Source: an uncultured Chitinophagaceae bacterium
Lineage (GTDB): Bacteria; Bacteroidota; Bacteroidia; Cytophagales; Cytophagaceae
DNA length: 64,000 nucleotides
Direction of reading: 5' to 3'
Assembly (NCBI GenBank): GCA_964437245.1
Contig: CAYTGJ010000002.1
Location: 42-64,041, forward strand
The notes beneath the pieces were generated by a model. That model was not told the DNA's origin and searched no databases. It saw nothing but the letters and a program-made list of their open reading frames with translations. Both the position numbers and the translations under genes were made by a program. Below are positions 59,012 through 64,000 of the stretch, one piece after another; position 1 is the stretch's first letter, and every line of letters starts with the position of its first letter.

Positions 59012-59947
59012 CTATTTCATCCCGACATTTACTTTAAACTCCTCGTAAGTGGATTTTATCCCTTCCCACAGAGAAATCTTATCGCACCATCCTAATGACT
59101 TAATCTTACTCACATCCATCAACTTTCTAAACGTCCCGTCCGGCTTAGAAGTATCAAACTTCAATTCACCTTCAAATCCAACTATTTTTTTGACTAATAT
59201 AGCCAAATCGAAAATTGTCATATCCTCTCCACTACCAATATTCACCAACCCCGACTCGTTATAATTTTCCATTAAGAAATAACATGCATCGGCTAAATCA
59301 TCCACATGCAAAAACTCACGCATCGGCTTTCCTGTACCCCAAAGTTCCACAAAGGGGTTACCTTCTTTTTTAGCTTCATGAAATTTCCGGATCATCGCCG
59401 GGAGTACGTGTGAACTCTCAAGATCATAATGATCGTTCGGGCCATACAGATTGGCGGGCATGCAGGAAATAAAATTACAACCGTACTGGACTCTGTATGC
59501 ATCACACATTTTGATACCGGCTATTTTGGCAATGGCATACGGTTCGTTGGTAGGTTCCAGAAGTCCCGTCAGCAAATATTCCTCCTTCAGCGGTTGCGCA
59601 GCCATTTTAGGATAAATGCAGGATGATCCAAGGAACAATAGTTTCTTTACGTTATGTACATACGCCTGGTGAATCACATTGGTCTGGATCATCAGGTTAT
59701 CGTATAAAAATTCAGCTTTGTACCGGTCGTTGGCTAAAATCCCCCCTACTCTGGCGGCAGCCAGGAACACATAATCGGGCTTCTCATTTTCAAAAAAAAC
59801 ACTTACTGCCTGCTGGTCCCGCAGATCAAGCTCAACAGATGTTCTAAGAATGAAGTTGGAATATCCTTCCTGTTGCAGTTTCCTCAACAATGCTGATCCC
59901 ACCATCCCTAGATGTCCTGCAATGTATATCCTGCTCGTTTTTTCCAC
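59012..59947 (-). CDS. fcl: GDP-L-fucose synthase
   Basis: IYIAGHLGMVGSAL Rossmann motif, SSCIYP and YAIAK catalytic motifs. Confidence 0.9.
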   Translation of the reverse strand: MEKTSRIYIAGHLGMVGSALLRKLQQEGYSNFILRTSVELDLRDQQAVSVFFENEKPDYVFLAAARVGGILANDRYKAEFLYDNLMIQTNVIHQAYVHNVKKLLFLGSSCIYPKMAAQPLKEEYLLTGLLEPTNEPYAIAKIAGIKMCDAYRVQYGCNFISCMPANLYGPNDHYDLESSHVLPAMIRKFHEAKKEGNPFVELWGTGKPMREFLHVDDLADACYFLMENYNESGLVNIGSGEDMTIFDLAILVKKIVGFEGELKFDTSKPDGTFRKLMDVSKIKSLGWCDKISLWEGIKSTYEEFKVNVGMK

Positions 59948-59950
59948 CGG

Positions 59951-61063
59951 CTATTCAAAATATTTCTTGATCCCAAATCCTCCTTTTTTCAGATATTCTT
60001 CTCTGGCAAATAACTGAAGGTCGGATGCTACCATTTCACTGATCATTTCCGACAATGAATAGTTCGGTTTCCATCCCAGTTCTTTTCTCGCCCTGGACGC
60101 ATCTCCCTGCAAATGATCTACTTCATTCGGCCGGTGGTAGCGCTCATCTATTTCCACCACCGTCTGACCTGCCTTTATCTTATAGGCAGGATTTGTGCTG
60201 GTTTTCACAATCGCTTTTTCCGCTACACCACTTCCTGTAAATGCTATTTGCACACCGATCTCTTCGAAAGCCATTTTCACAAAATCCCTGACGGAAGTAG
60301 TAACGCCGGTGGCGATCACATAATCATTGGCTTCTTTTTGCTGAAGCATCAGCCACATTGCTTCTACATAATCTTTGGCATGTCCCCAGTCGCGCTTTGC
60401 GTCCAGATTTCCGAGGTATATCTTTTCTTCCAGTCCCAAGGCTATACGGGCTACGGCTCTGGTAATTTTCCTGGTAACAAATGTTTCCCCTCTTACCGGA
60501 GATTCGTGATTGAACAAAATGCCATTGCATGCATACATTCCGTATGCTTCCCGGTAATTCACCGTAATCCAGTAGGCATATAATTTTGCGGCTCCATAGG
60601 GCGACCGGGGATAGAAAGGTGTCTGCTCGGTCTGAGGTACTTCCTGAGTCCCCCCATACAATTCCGAGGTGGCAGCCTGATAAAAGCGTACTATTTTAGT
60701 CATGTTCAACAGACGAATTGCTTCCAGTATTCTAAGGGGCCCTAATCCATCGACGTTCGCAGTATATTCCGGGATCTCAAAACTCACCTTTACATGAGAC
60801 ATTGCTCCTAAATTATAAATTTCGTCCGGCTGAACTTCCTGTATAATCCTGATGATATTGGTAGACTCCGACAGATCGCCATAATGGAGTTTAAAATGAA
60901 TATTGTCCTTGTGTTGATCTTCGTATAAATGATCGATCCGCTCTGTATTAAAAATGGAACTTCTTCGCTTGATGCCATGCACCTCATACCCTTTTTGTAA
61001 CAGGAATTCTGCCAGATAGGCGCCGTCCTGACCGGTAATGCCGGTAATGAGTGCTTTTTTCAT
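59951..61063 (-). CDS. gmd: GDP-mannose 4,6-dehydratase
   Basis: [24 protein letters not shown] and [10 protein letters not shown] motifs. Confidence 0.95.
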   Translation of the reverse strand: MKKALITGITGQDGAYLAEFLLQKGYEVHGIKRRSSIFNTERIDHLYEDQHKDNIHFKLHYGDLSESTNIIRIIQEVQPDEIYNLGAMSHVKVSFEIPEYTANVDGLGPLRILEAIRLLNMTKIVRFYQAATSELYGGTQEVPQTEQTPFYPRSPYGAAKLYAYWITVNYREAYGMYACNGILFNHESPVRGETFVTRKITRAVARIALGLEEKIYLGNLDAKRDWGHAKDYVEAMWLMLQQKEANDYVIATGVTTSVRDFVKMAFEEIGVQIAFTGSGVAEKAIVKTSTNPAYKIKAGQTVVEIDERYHRPNEVDHLQGDASRARKELGWKPNYSLSEMISEMVASDLQLFAREEYLKKGGFGIKKYFE

Positions 61064-61085
61064 TTTAGTAAAATAGTATTTTTTT

Positions 61086-62984
61086 CTATTTACGCAAAAA
61101 CTTCTTCCACCAATACTGAAACACCAGCACGCTCCATACTTTTCCCTGATCGTAATATTGGCTGTTCAGCACCTGCTCTCTGAAATCCCTCATCGCTTTC
61201 GGATCAAAAATCCCCTGTTCTGCGATCAAACGTTCGTCTGTCAGATCAAGGATCAAGCTCCGGAGTTCACGTTTGTAAAACTTCACCAATGGCACCTCAA
61301 ATCCTTTTTTCGGCCGGTCGTACAGGGCTGCGGGAAGAATGTCCTTAAAGGCTTCCCGTACCAGTCTTTTTTTCAGGTGCGCATCAATTTTATATTCTAC
61401 CGGCAACTGGAATGCAAAATCTACCAGGCGGTGATCGAGGAAGGGCTCCCGTACTTCGAGACCATTGGCCATCGACATCATATCGACCTTGAAGAGCATA
61501 TCGCCCGGCAATACCATTTTCACATCTGAAAGCAGCACTTCGTTTAATGTACCTCCCGAAGTAATAAAACGGGTACACGCTGCTTTTCGCTGGTTATATC
61601 CGGCAGTATCGATCCTCTCCCGGAATGTTTTTGAGAAAAGACCTTCTGCTTCTTTTTCTGCAGTCACAGAACTCCACCGCCAGTATCGTTCCTGTGGAGT
61701 CATACGGCCTCCCTCTGCAAAACGGTGCATCTGCCGGATCTTATTGCTGAGATATCCTCCTCTGCCTTTGGGCAATTGCTCCAGAAGCGGATACATGGTT
61801 TTCAAAAGCTCCGCCTGCCAGCCTCCCTGACGGATTTTGTACTCTCCATAATATTTGTTGTAACCGGCAAACACTTCATCTGCTCCGTCTCCGGACAACG
61901 CCACTTTTACTTTCTGAGCGGTTTTTTTACTAAGAATATAAAAGGGCAGTGAGGAAGAATCTGCAAAAGGTTCGTCGAGATAATCCAACATTTCAAACAC
62001 ATGTTCATGCAGATCCTCATTAGTGAGGGAGAAGACGGTATGATTGGTATTGAATTTCTGCGCAACCAGATTGGCATATTTGGTCTCATCAAAATACGGT
62101 TCATCCCGGTAGCCTATTGAAAACGTATTAAGATAATTGGTATACCGGCTTGCCAGGGCCACTACTGCGGAAGAATCCGTCCCTCCGCTCAGGAAAGCTC
62201 CCAGCGGAACATCAGCGACCAATCGGAGACGGGTCGATTCATCCAGTAGCTCCAGGAATTTATTTTTAGCTTCCTCAAAAGAGATATTTTTATCTACCGC
62301 ATGTTCTGCATACGGAATATCATAGTACGTCTTTTTAGTAAACTGTTTCCCTTTTATATAAATATATTCTCCCGGCAACAGTTTGTATATATTTTTAAAA
62401 ATGGAATGTTCTTTGGGAACATAATTCAACTGCAGATACTGATACAGGGAAACCTCGTCCAGTTCTTTCGGAATATTATAAGCCAGTACGGCTTTCATTT
62501 CCGACGCAAAAATGAATTTATCTTCGTCTGTATAATACAGCAAAGGTTTTACGCCCATCCTGTCGCGCGCGACAAACAATGAGCGATCATCCTTGTCATA
62601 AATGGCAAATGCATAGAAGCCTACAAAACGGTTAAGGCATTTTTCCTTTTCAAGAATATAGTAGTGCAGCAATACCTCTGTATCTGATTCCGTACGAAAA
62701 GACACTCCCTTTGCGATCAGCTCTTCCTTTAATTCTTTATAATTGAAGATCTCCCCGTTGAAAACCAGTACATACCGGTCTCCGGCATCGTGCATCGGCT
62801 GATTCGCTACGGAAGCAGTATCAATGATGGAAAGCCTCCTGTGTCCCATTCCTATATGATCGTCCAGGTAATACCCCCGGGCATCAGGTCCTCTCCGGCC
62901 GAGCGTATCGATCGACTTGGCAAGGTTGATCATATAGAAACTACCTACCTGGTTAAATGCATATATTCCGGTGATCCCACACAT
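61086..62984 (-). CDS. asparagine synthase-type glutamine amidotransferase (AsnB paralog 1)
   Basis: MCG nucleophile, GHRRLSIID and PP-loop SGGTDSS. Confidence 0.85.
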   Translation of the reverse strand: MCGITGIYAFNQVGSFYMINLAKSIDTLGRRGPDARGYYLDDHIGMGHRRLSIIDTASVANQPMHDAGDRYVLVFNGEIFNYKELKEELIAKGVSFRTESDTEVLLHYYILEKEKCLNRFVGFYAFAIYDKDDRSLFVARDRMGVKPLLYYTDEDKFIFASEMKAVLAYNIPKELDEVSLYQYLQLNYVPKEHSIFKNIYKLLPGEYIYIKGKQFTKKTYYDIPYAEHAVDKNISFEEAKNKFLELLDESTRLRLVADVPLGAFLSGGTDSSAVVALASRYTNYLNTFSIGYRDEPYFDETKYANLVAQKFNTNHTVFSLTNEDLHEHVFEMLDYLDEPFADSSSLPFYILSKKTAQKVKVALSGDGADEVFAGYNKYYGEYKIRQGGWQAELLKTMYPLLEQLPKGRGGYLSNKIRQMHRFAEGGRMTPQERYWRWSSVTAEKEAEGLFSKTFRERIDTAGYNQRKAACTRFITSGGTLNEVLLSDVKMVLPGDMLFKVDMMSMANGLEVREPFLDHRLVDFAFQLPVEYKIDAHLKKRLVREAFKDILPAALYDRPKKGFEVPLVKFYKRELRSLILDLTDERLIAEQGIFDPKAMRDFREQVLNSQYYDQGKVWSVLVFQYWWKKFLRK

Positions 62985-62987
62985 ATG

Positions 62988-63401
62988 TTAAAATTTAAAC
63001 AGCCGGGGTTCGTCTTTCTCTACATCCGCGATCTGAATATACAGGGCTCTGGTAGAAAGGATGATCTCCACGGCACTTAAGGTAAACGCCACAAGCATAA
63101 TAATAAGACTTGCGCTGAACACATAGGTTGCAACTTCAATATATTCTTTAAAGATCAGCAACATGGTAAACACATTGGCAAAAAGGCAAACAATTCCGCA
63201 CAACTGAAGGTCTCTGACAAGGTGTACACGCTTACGAAGGATTTTGATCTGCTGCAGGATCTTCTCATTCGGATTCTGCTTGTGTTCCAGATGCAAGGTC
63301 CGGATCCTGTTTCCGATTGCAATGAAACGATTGGTATAGGCCAGCATCAGCAACGATATGGTGGGGAACAAAAGGGCAGGGGTAGTAAGATTCAAACTCA
63401 T
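62988..63401 (-). CDS. DUF2721-family membrane protein
   Basis: 137 aa, three TM helices. TPALLFPTISLLMLAYTNRF pattern is remembered as DUF2721. Confidence 0.65.
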   Translation of the reverse strand: MSLNLTTPALLFPTISLLMLAYTNRFIAIGNRIRTLHLEHKQNPNEKILQQIKILRKRVHLVRDLQLCGIVCLFANVFTMLLIFKEYIEVATYVFSASLIIMLVAFTLSAVEIILSTRALYIQIADVEKDEPRLFKF

Positions 63402-63407
63402 CTTCGT

Positions 63408-64000
63408 TTATTTTTTATAGAGCCATTGTTCAGGATCCAGCTTCGAATTGTTTTTCCATATCTGAAACTGAAGTTGTGTCACTCCGTCCTTATCGGTATA
63501 TACATTGCCAATATTTTGCTTGGCCGCTACTTCCTCTCCGGTTTTGACCAATACTGTTTTCATCTTGGCATATACAGTAAAATACTCCCCATGCTGGATC
63601 ATTACCACTTTGTTCATTCCCGGCACTTCTGCTACGGTAATCACTTTTCCCTGGAATACAGACCGTACGTTTTCTTCTTTCAGGGTTTGTATATCTACGC
63701 CAAGATTATCTACATATACTCCTTTCAAAACGGGGTGAGCCTGCTTGCCAAAGCGTTGTGCTATGCTCCCTTTCAAAACCGGCCATGGAAGTTTCCCGGC
63801 ATTCCCGGCAAAAGACCCGGAGAGAGCCTTTGCTTCCGGAGTGAGTTCAAGTTTAAATTCCTCCTTCTTCGCCGGAGTAGTACTATTCGTTTTGGCCGGA
63901 GTAGTTGCCTTTTTATTTTTTTCCGCTGCTTCCTTCGCAGCCTTCAGCGCCTTGGCCCTTTCAGCAGCAATCATATCTGTAATCAGCTTCTCCAGCTTCT
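63408..64000 (-). CDS. M23-family peptidase (EnvC-like), C-terminal part; N-terminus lies beyond the window
   Basis: LytM-type core GVDIQT...VMIQHGEYFTVYA. The reading frame stays open from 63974 to the window edge (KLEKLITD upstream of the listed Met), consistent with a coiled-coil N-terminal region. Confidence 0.75.
   Translation of the reverse strand, partial: KLEKLITDMIAAERAKALKAAKEAAEKNKKATTPAKTNSTTPAKKEEFKLELTPEAKALSGSFAGNAGKLPWPVLKGSIAQRFGKQAHPVLKGVYVDNLGVDIQTLKEENVRSVFQGKVITVAEVPGMNKVVMIQHGEYFTVYAKMKTVLVKTGEEVAAKQNIGNVYTDKDGVTQLQFQIWKNNSKLDPEQWLYKK

Noticed and set aside
60113-60583. 156-aa plus-strand ORF inside gmd
   Set aside because: It is antisense to GDP-mannose 4,6-dehydratase.
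47468-62984. The two AsnB paralogs as direct repeats that could mediate cassette excision
   Set aside because: Similarity is visible only at the protein-motif level (MCG, SGGxDSS). The nucleotide sequences and GC content differ strongly, so homologous recombination between them is unlikely.

Overview
The window looks like 64 kb of chromosome from a Bacteroidota (Flavobacteriia-like) genome. Supporting evidence is a T9SS C-terminal sorting domain, DUF2480/DUF3703/DUF2721-type proteins, TAnnTTTG -7 promoter boxes and tightly coupled operons. All calls come from motif recognition by eye, with no database search.

The left ~42 kb is mainly housekeeping: mltG, menA, nadD, tsaB, ctp, rnpA-rpmH, ispE, rpsU, hpf, lipB, rnr, polyprenyl synthase and atpDC. 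Three other things are interspersed there: a GH20/MFS/T9SS glycan-scavenging trio, a six-gene two-component cluster built from sensor-poor soluble kinases, and several secreted TPR-type proteins.

The right ~21 kb (42.5-63.0 kb) is a Wzx-type polysaccharide locus. It carries the GDP-fucose pathway, a GT11 fucosyltransferase, two AsnB-type amidotransferases, five methyltransferase-like genes, an internally deleted epimerase remnant, and a clearly AT-richer central cassette (about 46.1-58.9 kb) that looks horizontally exchanged.

I saw no tRNA, rRNA, CRISPR array, transposase or recognisable defence system. The left edge (1-452) looks like a stable-RNA (rRNA-type) leader running out of the window.

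The best candidates for undescribed biology are:
- the AsnB / unknown His-cluster protein / FkbM module and the methylation-dense design of the low-GC glycan cassette;
- the HK-REC-HK-LuxR four-gene operon with a divergent PAS-HK/REC pair;
- an exported TPR protein carrying six CxxC zinc-finger motifs;
- a dispersed family of intergenic word repeats.

None of these can be proven novel from sequence alone.
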